A stretch of 64,000 bases of DNA, taken from contig JBGASG010000002.1 of the NCBI GenBank assembly GCA_044229845.1, forward strand, positions 617,130-681,129, read 5' to 3'. The position numbers were made by a program, and so were the translations under genes. Within the stretch, counting starts at the first letter, position 1, and every line of letters starts with the position of its first letter. The DNA comes from Candidatus Obscuribacteraceae bacterium (GTDB taxonomy: Bacteria > Cyanobacteriota > Vampirovibrionia > Obscuribacterales > Obscuribacteraceae). The notes under the pieces were generated by a model. It was not told the DNA's origin and did no database searches. It saw nothing but the letters and a program-made list of their open reading frames with translations. Shown here one piece after another: positions 21,131 through 29,679 of this stretch.

Positions 21131-22738
21131 TCACCAGAAGATGATGTTGAAGATGAGGGCGAAGACGAGGACGATCACAGCGACGATGGCGGGTTGTTTA
21201 TACCAGGGCAAGTTCGCTACTTCAATGGGAGAAGCAGTTCCCCAGACCAGTCCCTGCAGTTCTTCGATGGGTTTCGGCTTGGTAAAGAAGGTCACCAGAA
21301 CGGTAACGACGAAACAGATCGTCCAGGCGATGGTCGAACGCCAGAAGTTGCCCGCCATTTCAGAACCATAATGGAGCATGCCGGCCTGTTGCATCCAGAA
21401 AAGAACGCCGGCACCGAGGGTGCCGCAAACCAGTCCGATGAACGCGCCCCATGGTGAGGTGCGTTTCCAGAACATACCCAGTAAGAAAGTGGCGAACAGC
21501 GGCGCATTGAAGAATGAAAAGATGGTCTGCATGTAGTCCATGATGCTGGCGCTGTTCATAACCAGATACGCCGTAAAGATGGAAACGACGATACCGGCTG
21601 CGGTGGCAATGCGTCCCACCCACAGGTAATGCTTGTCGCTTTTGTCTTTGCCAAGATAAGTCTGATAGATGTCGTAGGTCCAGACCGTGTTGAAGGCGGT
21701 GATGTTGCCTGCCATGCCGGACATGAAGCTGGCGAGCATGGCGGTCAAGCCAATTCCCAGCATGCCCGGTGGGTAGAACTGAGCCAGCATGAGAGGCAAT
21801 GCCTGGTTCCACGACAGGTCGGTCTTGTTGGTGCCCAGTCCGGGCACCAGCACCAGTGCCAGCATACCGGGTACAACTGTGATGAACGGAAACAGCACTT
21901 TCGGAAATGCTGCAATCAAAGGAGTGCGCTGAGCGGCGGGCAAACTTTCGGCGGCCAGCGCTCGTTGAATGACGAGAAAGTCGGTGCACCAGTAGCCGAA
22001 AGACAGCACGAAGCCCAGTCCGGTCACCAATCCGATCCAGTCGATTTGCATCGGGTTGTGGTAACTGGCGGTGTGCGCCCACAAGTTGCCGTAGCCGGGC
22101 GGCATCTTGGCGATCATCGCCTGCCAGCCGCCGGTCTTCATCAATCCCAAAATTGTCAGCGGCACGAAACCGAGGACGATCAGGAAAAACTGCAGCACTT
22201 CGTTGTAGATAGACGAAGTCAGGCCACCAAGCATGGTGTAAGCCAGAACCACGGAAGCAGAAACGATGATCGAGGCGTTCATGTCCCAGCCTAGCAACAG
22301 CTTGAACACAAGCGCCATCGCGTACATGTTGATGCCCGACATGAGCACCGTCATCACCGCGAAGGAGACGGCATTGAACGCGCGCGTCGGTTCGTTGAAA
22401 CGCAGTTTCAAATATTCGGGCACGCTGCGGATGCGCGAACCGTAGTAGAACGGCATCATGAAAACAGCCAGGAACAGCATGGCGGGAATAGCGCCCACCC
22501 AATAGAAGTGAGCCGTCATGATGCCGTACTGGGCACCATTGGCAGCCATACCCATCACTTCGATGGCGCCCAGGTTGGCAGAGATAAATGCCAATCCTGT
22601 GATCCAACTGGGAATCGAACGACCAGAGAGGAAGAAATCCTCGCTGTTCTTCATGTTGCGCTTCAGTGCAATGCCGATGCCCAGAACAAACGCGAAGTAA
22701 ATTCCGATGATCAGGTAATCGACAAAGCCAATATTCAC
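21131..22738 (-). CDS. Sodium:solute symporter family protein (sugar-type)
   Basis: DFFLSGRSIP, SANLGA, PEYLKLRF, YWCTDFLVIQRALAA; many TM helices. Confidence 0.95.
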   Translation of the reverse strand: MNIGFVDYLIIGIYFAFVLGIGIALKRNMKNSEDFFLSGRSIPSWITGLAFISANLGAIEVMGMAANGAQYGIMTAHFYWVGAIPAMLFLAVFMMPFYYGSRIRSVPEYLKLRFNEPTRAFNAVSFAVMTVLMSGINMYAMALVFKLLLGWDMNASIIVSASVVLAYTMLGGLTSSIYNEVLQFFLIVLGFVPLTILGLMKTGGWQAMIAKMPPGYGNLWAHTASYHNPMQIDWIGLVTGLGFVLSFGYWCTDFLVIQRALAAESLPAAQRTPLIAAFPKVLFPFITVVPGMLALVLVPGLGTNKTDLSWNQALPLMLAQFYPPGMLGIGLTAMLASFMSGMAGNITAFNTVWTYDIYQTYLGKDKSDKHYLWVGRIATAAGIVVSIFTAYLVMNSASIMDYMQTIFSFFNAPLFATFLLGMFWKRTSPWGAFIGLVCGTLGAGVLFWMQQAGMLHYGSEMAGNFWRSTIAWTICFVVTVLVTFFTKPKPIEELQGLVWGTASPIEVANLPWYKQPAIVAVIVLVFALIFNIIFW

Positions 22739-22765
22739 AGTTACGTGCTTTCGCGCTACTGGCGA

Positions 22766-23131
22766 TTACGCACTGAAATCGTCTTGCGAGCCGAAATCAC
22801 CACCGCCGCCGCCGGCGCTGTCTTTCTTGCTGCCGAGCAAACGCAGGTTGGTGCCGTGTATATACGGGCGGACGTTTTTGACGCCGTCGTCGGCAGTCCA
22901 GCGGCTGAAATCAAGGCGGCCTTCGATGCCGATCAAACTGCCCTTGCGCACGTATTCGCCGGCGACTTCAGCTTGGCGACCCCAGAGCTCGATGTCAAAC
23001 CAGTCGGTTTCACGTTCTTTGGTCGGACGATTGACGGCGAGGCTGAACGTTGTCTTGACTCGACCAGATTCGAAGTAGCGCATCTCCGGGTCACGACCGG
23101 CGCGACCGACGAGCATCACTGAATTCACCAT
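22766..23131 (-). CDS. ssb: Single-stranded DNA-binding protein
   Basis: NSVMLVGRAGRDPEMRYFESG...TDWF...YVRKGSLIGIEGRL; acidic tail. Confidence 0.96.
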   Translation of the reverse strand: MVNSVMLVGRAGRDPEMRYFESGRVKTTFSLAVNRPTKERETDWFDIELWGRQAEVAGEYVRKGSLIGIEGRLDFSRWTADDGVKNVRPYIHGTNLRLLGSKKDSAGGGGGDFGSQDDFSA

Positions 23132-23216
23132 TTAAGAAGCCCTCGCCATGCTGATTCCTGAGAATTATCCGGCATTCAGGACGCCATGTAATGAAATCGA
23201 GTAAAGAAGGGACAAC

Positions 23217-23807
23217 ATGTGTGAAACAACCACTGAGCAAAGCGCTCCAGACTCATTGAAACAGCCCGCCTGGCACGTGCTGGTTTTGTGTTGGGTCACT
23301 TCGATAGCCTACCTTATATATTGGTCCTACAAAAACTGGCGTGACTTTTCGAAACAAGCAGCGCTTTTTTCTGGTGATGCGGCTCAAGCCGAAGCCCTGA
23401 AACCGTTCAAAGACATCAGCCCACTGCTGCGTTCGATCGGGCTTTTCGTGCCGGTGCTGAACCTGTTTTTGATCGTCACTCAGTTTTTGAGCATCGCCCA
23501 ACTGGTGCCCGACGAGAAGTCGCTGCCGCGACGCAGCCCATTACTGGCAGCCGCAATCATATTTGGCTCGTTCATCAGCTTGACATTTATGTTCTGCTTC
23601 GCGCCGCCGTTTTTCTTTCTGGGACTTTTGTCGGCGATCCCCTTTGCTTTCGTGCAGCACTGGATCAACCAATACTGGGACAGCGTCGAGCCGTCCGGGC
23701 GTGCCATGCGTCACGCCTTCTCGGTGAAGGAACTGATTGTCATCATATTTGGTGGCATGTTGCAGGGGCTGACCGTGGCCGGCTACATGCTGGGCGTGAA
23801 ACCTTAG
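23217..23807 (+). CDS. Hypothetical membrane protein (DUF4234-like)
   Basis: YLIYWSYKNW and FVQHWINQYW motifs with TM segments. Confidence 0.7.
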   Translation: MCETTTEQSAPDSLKQPAWHVLVLCWVTSIAYLIYWSYKNWRDFSKQAALFSGDAAQAEALKPFKDISPLLRSIGLFVPVLNLFLIVTQFLSIAQLVPDEKSLPRRSPLLAAAIIFGSFISLTFMFCFAPPFFFLGLLSAIPFAFVQHWINQYWDSVEPSGRAMRHAFSVKELIVIIFGGMLQGLTVAGYMLGVKP

Positions 23808-23824
23808 CCCACGCTGAAGAATAG

Positions 23825-24418
23825 TTAGAAGCCGTGTTTTTTAGCCCAGCGCACTAAATAGTCGCCGTTAGGCAGTTCCAGCTTTTCAGCCAGCGCTTCG
23901 AGAATCTGGTTGAGGTCAAACTCGGTGAGGCCCATTCTTTCGGCAGCCTTGGGAACGCCACCACGCTTGGTGACGTGCTTGAGAATATTGCGCTCCGCTT
24001 GATCGAGCTTGGTGATGTTGCGCGGCAGCGAGGGTGAGAGCACACCGGTAGAACCGCGGGTCACCATCAAGATCGCCATGCGTGCCAACGCGGGCGGATC
24101 GGCTTTGAGAATGTAGGCGCAAGCACCGACATCAAGCAGGTCTTGCACTTCAGCGGCTTTGCTTTGACTGGCGTAGACGACAACGTGCGCGTTGCGCAGC
24201 GAAGCAAGTTTCTTGATCAAAACCTCGGTTTGCATCAGACCCGGCAGGTGCAAATCAAGCAGCACCACATCGGGCAGGAGTGCGCTCGCCATCTTCCAGG
24301 CTTCATCGGAGGTCTCGGCTTCGCCGATTACCTCGATAATGCCGTCCGCCTGCAGCGCAGTGACTGCGGCTTCGCGGGTGGGCGGGTGATCGTCAACAAC
24401 CATAAGTCGAATGGGCAT
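23825..24418 (-). CDS. NarL/FixJ-like response regulator
   Basis: VVDDH...VVLLDLHLPG...YILK receiver plus a divergent HTH-like C-terminus. Confidence 0.88.
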   Translation of the reverse strand: MPIRLMVVDDHPPTREAAVTALQADGIIEVIGEAETSDEAWKMASALLPDVVLLDLHLPGLMQTEVLIKKLASLRNAHVVVYASQSKAAEVQDLLDVGACAYILKADPPALARMAILMVTRGSTGVLSPSLPRNITKLDQAERNILKHVTKRGGVPKAAERMGLTEFDLNQILEALAEKLELPNGDYLVRWAKKHGF

Positions 24419-24493
24419 AGGTGCTTATTTTAGCGACCTTGAGCGCGTAATCGCAAAGTAATGGATAATATGCACCGTCAAGAGGGCTGACAA

Positions 24494-24946
24494 ATGAAAA
24501 AGAAACTCGCGCTATTACTCGCATCTGCGATGGTTACTGTCGCCTGCGCCTCAGTGCAACCGGCGATTTCACAAGGTGCCCCGGATCTGAAGAAGCTGGG
24601 CAAATTTGTTAAAACGCCGTCCGGCTTGCAATACAAAGACACCGTCACCGGCAACGGACCGTCGCCGCGCCCGGGACAGAGCGTCAACGTCCATTACACG
24701 GGCTGGTTGTTGATGAATGGCAAGAAGTTCGACAGCTCCGTCGATCGCGGACAACCGTTCAGCTTCGGGCTGGGCCGCGGAGAAGTCATTAAGGGATGGG
24801 ACGAAGGCGTCGCTTCGATGCGTATCGGCAGCAAACGCATTCTTGTCATCCCGCCAAATCTGGGTTATGGAGCCGGTGGTATGCCGCCGGTAATTCCGGG
24901 CAATGCCACCCTCGTGTTCGAAGTGCAGCTTTTGGGCGCGCAATAA
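24494..24946 (+). CDS. FKBP-type peptidyl-prolyl isomerase, exported
   Basis: VHYTGWL...KFDSSVDRGQPF...VIKGWDEG...IPPNLGYG; N-terminal signal peptide. Confidence 0.96.
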   Translation: MKKKLALLLASAMVTVACASVQPAISQGAPDLKKLGKFVKTPSGLQYKDTVTGNGPSPRPGQSVNVHYTGWLLMNGKKFDSSVDRGQPFSFGLGRGEVIKGWDEGVASMRIGSKRILVIPPNLGYGAGGMPPVIPGNATLVFEVQLLGAQ

Positions 24947-24973
24947 TAAGGCCCGCCAAATCATAAGCGTTCA

Positions 24974-25004
24974 GGAAAGCCCGATATCAATATCGGGCTT
25001 TTCC
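24974..25004 (+). terminator. Rho-independent terminator-like hairpin after FKBP
   Basis: aaagcccgatat-caa-tatcgggctttt inverted repeat. Confidence 0.7.
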
Positions 25005-25066
25005 GTGCAACCGCCCAGCCATCTGACTCGACTGATCCTCATGCGCCCTCACATAAGGAGAAAGCT

Positions 25067-25630
25067 GTGTTGAAGGTCTTGGTGCTGCAAGAGAAGGCAG
25101 AGAACGTATTCAATATCAGGGAAGCTTTACCAGATTGCGAGATTCAGCTATTCGATCACGTCAGTCAGGCGATACAGGCGATCAATCGCGAAGATTTCGA
25201 TCTGATCGTTTCGGCGGTGCATCTTGAGCACGACGGCAGCGTCTTTGATTTCTTGAAGACCGTCAAGACGAACATACGTTTTCATCACATCCCATTTGTT
25301 TTTTACTGCAGCAAATCATCCACTTTCGCACGTTCGGTGCGGCACGGGCTACAGATTGCTGCGCACGCGCTGGGCGCCGAGAAGTACATCACCATGGAGC
25401 ACTACGACCGCGCCACTCTTCGCGATGAGTTAATTTCGGTGCTGGATGCATACGGGTTGGGTAGGGATGCCGACCGAGAGACAGCGGAACACCCTGCATT
25501 CGACGAGTTCGACGAGCTCGACGCATTCAAGGCGCTCGATGCGCTGACACCACCATTGACACCACCGCAGTCGTCCTCCCAGACTGGACTACCCGGCTCG
25601 CCGGCGCAAAACATCGAGGGCAACGCCTGA
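25067..25630 (+). CDS. Atypical stand-alone receiver-domain protein
   Basis: CheY-like pattern (KVLVL...FDLIVS...FDFLKTVK...IPFVFY...LGAEKYI); AAGGAG Shine-Dalgarno, GTG start. Confidence 0.75.
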   Translation: MLKVLVLQEKAENVFNIREALPDCEIQLFDHVSQAIQAINREDFDLIVSAVHLEHDGSVFDFLKTVKTNIRFHHIPFVFYCSKSSTFARSVRHGLQIAAHALGAEKYITMEHYDRATLRDELISVLDAYGLGRDADRETAEHPAFDEFDELDAFKALDALTPPLTPPQSSSQTGLPGSPAQNIEGNA

Positions 25631-25763
25631 TACCGCAGATTGTTGGCGTCTCAAATTTGATACGTTGGAGGGGTCCCAGCGTTCAAAAAAACCATTAAAT
25701 CCCGGGTCCGTGTACAAAACTGCGACGCCGGAGGGTCCTCCGCGTAGCAGTATTGTAACGCTG

Positions 25764-26414
25764 TCACTTCGTCGCGTTCATGGCTGGCATTGCCGGTCGG
25801 CGCGGAGGCTTGGCGTGGACGACTCGTCCCATGATTTGACCCTGTCCTGGTTGCGCAGCGACTAACTCATCGTCGCTCAGATCAAGCGAGATGTCGTCTT
25901 CCTTCACCACGGGCAGTGCCTGGATTTGCCTCAACTCCACGGGAGATTGGAAATTTCGTGCCGCGTCGAAAACAACCTCGAATGTCGACTCGCCGTAGAC
26001 CGAAAATAAAAATGCGAAAGGCGCCACGCACCCGTCGCAGTCTGTCGATTGTTCAAGTGCGTGGATTGCGGCTTTGTCCAAAGCCGCATAACCTGATGAT
26101 CGCGCGACTCGAACATCGACTGCGTTGCCGTCCTTGGAGAAGCGGAAATTGAGCACAACTTTGTGCGAACTTCCATCTATACAGGGGGGACTCCAATTCG
26201 ATTGAACCTGTTGGATGACACGGGCACGAATCTTCTCGATGATATGCGCGGTTTTGATCATCGGCTCTCCATCGCGATAAGCCTTTTGGGCTCCGCATTT
26301 GACCGACTGCGATAGAGGCGCCATCAGCGTATCCGCACGCGCGACGGCAGCGAAATTGCAGACAGCGAGAGCTGTCAAAACAACAACTAACGCAACACCA
26401 CGCGATTTAATCAT
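25764..26414 (-). CDS. Exported TonB C-terminal-like domain protein
   Basis: Signal peptide from the ATG at 26414; NWSPP...FRFSKDG...VARSSGYAALDKAAIHAL. Confidence 0.8.
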   Translation of the reverse strand: MIKSRGVALVVVLTALAVCNFAAVARADTLMAPLSQSVKCGAQKAYRDGEPMIKTAHIIEKIRARVIQQVQSNWSPPCIDGSSHKVVLNFRFSKDGNAVDVRVARSSGYAALDKAAIHALEQSTDCDGCVAPFAFLFSVYGESTFEVVFDAARNFQSPVELRQIQALPVVKEDDISLDLSDDELVAAQPGQGQIMGRVVHAKPPRRPAMPAMNATK

Positions 26415-27000
26415 TTGGTGGGTTCTTTTCGTCGTGATTGTCGCGCGCGCCGACAACTTTGCCGGTGATGCGCGCGGTGCCGGTGCTTTCGCCGGCATTC
26501 GATTGATCTCCTGGTTTTGGCGGGGCATCCTCCGCCGGTGCCAGGCGCAATCTCACAAGAATCGGTTTGCGCCAGCCGTAATTGAAGATCACGTCGAATG
26601 CCCCTTCTTTGTACATGTTGCGCAGCGCTTGAAACTCCGGCGCCTGATACTCGATAGCGTTCATGGCCGATTCATCCATCAAAGAGTCGCCCGAGGATTC
26701 GACGATGTACTTCTCGCTTACGGAGCCGTGCATGTCCAGTTTCATCCGAATCACAGGACCCTTGCCGCGCCTCGGCGGACACCAATTGCGACCAATCGCA
26801 GCGCGCGCATCGTCAAAGGTTCTGTTGGAGTTTTCCTGCAGATAAACATCGACTTTGCCTGATTGAGAGTCCGGCTTCACATCCTTTGCCGTCGCCTTTA
26901 CTCTCTTCGCCTTCTTGGGGTCCCCATAGATGACTTGCTGCGCGTCCGCTGCAGTTGCAAGAAACATCAGTGCCACCGCAAGTAGTGCGCCGCTTTTCAT
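26407..27000 (-). CDS. Exported TonB C-terminal-like domain protein
   Basis: Signal peptide; NWCPP...KLDMHG...IVESSGDSLMDESAMNAI. Confidence 0.8.
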   Translation of the reverse strand: MKSGALLAVALMFLATAADAQQVIYGDPKKAKRVKATAKDVKPDSQSGKVDVYLQENSNRTFDDARAAIGRNWCPPRRGKGPVIRMKLDMHGSVSEKYIVESSGDSLMDESAMNAIEYQAPEFQALRNMYKEGAFDVIFNYGWRKPILVRLRLAPAEDAPPKPGDQSNAGESTGTARITGKVVGARDNHDEKNPPND

Positions 27001-27527
27001 TTCGCCGAGTTTCCCTCAACCGGTTTGGAACGCGCACCGACTACCTTGCCGGTGATTCGTGCGGTGCCGTCGCCGGATTGCTTGTCTTTGTTTCCCGACT
27101 GATCGCCGGTTGATGCGGCACGCAGTGTCACCGCATTGGCGTAATAGATGTTGCCGTCGAAGATGACTTCCAGCGAACCACCTGGGTACGCGGACCAGAG
27201 TGGAGGAAACGCCTTCGGCTGATCTTTGATTGCGTTCATTGCCGCCTGGTCGAAGATCGAAACACCCGATGACTGAACCATCTGTTTCTCGCGCACGCCA
27301 CCCTGCTCATCTACTTTGATGCGAATAACCGCAGATGGGGGACACGGGTTGCACTTAGGCGGATACCAGTTCATGCCGATGGCTCTGGTGGCAGCCTTTT
27401 CGATTTGAGAGCGGGATGCCGGTTTAGCCGGCTGCGGCTGAGCCGGACGACTGGCACTCGTTTGCGCCAGAGCTACCTGTCCAAGAGCAGCCACTGCAAT
27501 GGCTGCGAGAATGCCACTTTTGACCAA
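26997..27527 (-). CDS. Exported TonB C-terminal-like domain protein
   Basis: TTG start at 27527 with GGAG upstream; NWYPP...KVDEQG...VQSSGVSIFDQAAMNAI. Confidence 0.8.
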   Translation of the reverse strand: MVKSGILAAIAVAALGQVALAQTSASRPAQPQPAKPASRSQIEKAATRAIGMNWYPPKCNPCPPSAVIRIKVDEQGGVREKQMVQSSGVSIFDQAAMNAIKDQPKAFPPLWSAYPGGSLEVIFDGNIYYANAVTLRAASTGDQSGNKDKQSGDGTARITGKVVGARSKPVEGNSAK

Positions 27528-27702
27528 ACAAATTACTCCGGTCGGGGCTAAACGGGGACATATATATAGTAGGCGCCTGCGGACCCCAGACCTAGGGTAA
27601 AAACCCTGAGGCGCCAGTGGACCCCGCCTGAAACCAGAAACCCTCACCAGGCTGGCTTCGGACTCAACCGCTAAGAAATTGTTAGCGAACCGCACAAGGT
27701 TC

Positions 27703-27743
27703 TGGAACGAGTGTTCCAATATTTATTGGAACGGTTGTTCCAA
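27703..27743. promoter_or_regulatory. Tandem palindromic operator-like sites upstream of the hsp20 pair
   Basis: TGGAAC-gagt-GTTCCA (27703-27718) and TTGGAAC-ggtt-GTTCCAA (27726-27743). Confidence 0.7.
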
Positions 27744-27793
27744 ATCCCAATTAGAGTTTACCAATCATCAGTCAGGAGTAAGGGGGTTTTTCT

Positions 27794-28237
27794 ATGTTAC
27801 TGCATGAGCTATCCCGTTCGCGCCTCTTTCAAGACACGTTCCGCGAGCTGGAGCGTAAGCAAGGCTTGCTTAACCGCATGTTTCATGCGCCGTCGCACGA
27901 CGCGCTTGTCGAGTTTCCATCCCTGAACGTATGGACCTCCCAGGACGGAGCAGTAGTGACCGCAGAGATCCCTGGGTTGGCTCCCGAAGATATCGAAATT
28001 TCCGTAGTGAACGAAACGCTCAGCCTGCGCGGCAAGCGTACACAACCAGAACTGGAGGAAGGTTCGCAGTGGCACCGCCGCGAAAGAATATTCGGTGAAT
28101 TCGCGCGCACCATTCAATTGCCGTTCCGCATCGATTCCGAAAAAGTAGAAGCGAACTTCACCAATGGTGTTCTGGAGATCAAACTGCCACGCAGCGAAGA
28201 AGACAAGCCTCGCAAAATCACAGTCAACGCCGGCTAG
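27794..28237 (+). CDS. Hsp20/alpha-crystallin small heat-shock protein
   Basis: AEIPGL...RRERIFGEFARTIQLP...ANFTNGVLEIKLP. Confidence 0.96.
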   Translation: MLLHELSRSRLFQDTFRELERKQGLLNRMFHAPSHDALVEFPSLNVWTSQDGAVVTAEIPGLAPEDIEISVVNETLSLRGKRTQPELEEGSQWHRRERIFGEFARTIQLPFRIDSEKVEANFTNGVLEIKLPRSEEDKPRKITVNAG

Positions 28238-28299
28238 TCGCACGAAACACCCATCAGCATTCACTCACCACGCACAGCAATAAAGGAAAGGTGCAAATC

Positions 28300-28728
28300 A
28301 TGACCGAGAAGACCTGCAACACCGAATCGCAAGCAGTGCAAACTGTGGAGAAACATGAGGCTCCAGAGGCGCACACCGAACAGATTCGTCAGCGTCGCGT
28401 TTTCACACCGCGCACCGACATTTTTGAAACCAATGAAGATATCGTGGTTCTGGCAGACATGCCGGGTGTTCACGAAAACAACGTGGACATCACTCTTGAG
28501 CAGAACAACTTGACACTGAACGGATTCGTTGAAGCTTGCTCTCACGATGGGTACAGCTTGACGTTTGGTGAGTACGGGATCGGCGACTACTATCGCCGCT
28601 TCACCTTGCCGAATGCCGTCGACCGCGAATCTATTTCCGCGTCCATGAAAAATGGCGTGCTCAAGCTGGTCTTGCCCAAGAGCAACGGCGCTAAGACGCG
28701 GAAAATCACCGTCCGCGGCGAGGAATAG
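28300..28728 (+). CDS. Hsp20/alpha-crystallin small heat-shock protein
   Basis: FTPRTDIFE...ADMPGV...YYRRFTL...ASMKNGVLKLVLPK. Confidence 0.95.
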   Translation: MTEKTCNTESQAVQTVEKHEAPEAHTEQIRQRRVFTPRTDIFETNEDIVVLADMPGVHENNVDITLEQNNLTLNGFVEACSHDGYSLTFGEYGIGDYYRRFTLPNAVDRESISASMKNGVLKLVLPKSNGAKTRKITVRGEE

Positions 28729-28861
28729 TTCAGCCGGAACAACCGCACGCGGTACCAAAGCCGGGCCCGACGCCCCCTCAATGACCAGAAGGGTCCGGCT
28801 TGGTATCAGGCGGTAATCAACTTTCAGTCACATCACATCCCCGCAAATCGCAAATCTCCTG

Positions 28862-28893
28862 GACCCCGCCACTGCTCGGCGGGGTCATTTTTT
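28862..28893 (+). terminator. Rho-independent terminator after the hsp20 pair
   Basis: gaccccgcc-actgctc-ggcggggtc followed by atttttt. Confidence 0.75.
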
Positions 28894-28923
28894 GTCGCCC
28901 TGTCATGAGGCTAAAATAGTGCC

Positions 28924-29679
28924 ATGAGCGACATCGCGATAACTGCGGCTGTCTTTGTGGTTGCCCTTTTGTACTCCATGGTCGGGCACGGCGGCGCATC
29001 AGGCTACCTGGCGATTCTCTCGCTCGCTGGTACCGACAAGAAATACATGACGTCCACGTCACTTCTCTTAAACGTGCTCGTCGCTTCGATGTCGACTGTT
29101 TTTTACTGGCGCGCCGGACACATGCGGTGGCGCATGGCGATACCGTTCATCGTCTTGTCTGTCCCGGCGGCGTTTATCGGCGCCATGATGCCCATCTCCG
29201 AAAAGATATACCTGTCAGTATTGGCGGCGGTCCTGGCTTATTCAGCAGTGCAGCTGGGCTTGCGGACGCACAAACTACTCGAACAAGGAGAATACACTCC
29301 GCCACCACTTGCGGTTTCAGTGCCGGTCGGCGGTGCGCTCGGTTTGCTCTCCGGGATAGTCGGAGTCGGTGGTGGCATTTTCTTAAGCCCCTTGATGTTG
29401 CTCAGGCGCTGGGCTAATCCTCAGGAAACATCAGCCACATCAGCTTTGTTCATAGTGGTCAACTCGATAGCCGGCATCGCCGGCAAAATTGCGGGCAACA
29501 GCTTCGAGTTTACGTCCAGCCTGCATCTAATCGCAGCAGGATTTCTCGGCGGACTGCTCGGTTCACACCTCGGGGCAAACAAAATGTCGAGGGTGGCAAT
29601 TTGTCGTGTCCTGTCCGTGGTTTTGCTGCTTGCCGTCTTGAAATTAGTAATCGCGATTTGCTCGCCTACCAAAGCATGA
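28924..29679 (+). CDS. TSUP (TauE/SafE) family membrane transporter
   Basis: YSMVGHGGASGY and SGIVGVGGGIFLSP repeats; hydrophobic. Confidence 0.92.
   Translation: MSDIAITAAVFVVALLYSMVGHGGASGYLAILSLAGTDKKYMTSTSLLLNVLVASMSTVFYWRAGHMRWRMAIPFIVLSVPAAFIGAMMPISEKIYLSVLAAVLAYSAVQLGLRTHKLLEQGEYTPPPLAVSVPVGGALGLLSGIVGVGGGIFLSPLMLLRRWANPQETSATSALFIVVNSIAGIAGKIAGNSFEFTSSLHLIAAGFLGGLLGSHLGANKMSRVAICRVLSVVLLLAVLKLVIAICSPTKA

Noticed and set aside
27698..27710. Eukaryotic heat-shock element (TTCnnGAA) before hsp20
   Set aside because: A single short unit is expected by chance and is a by-product of the larger palindromes
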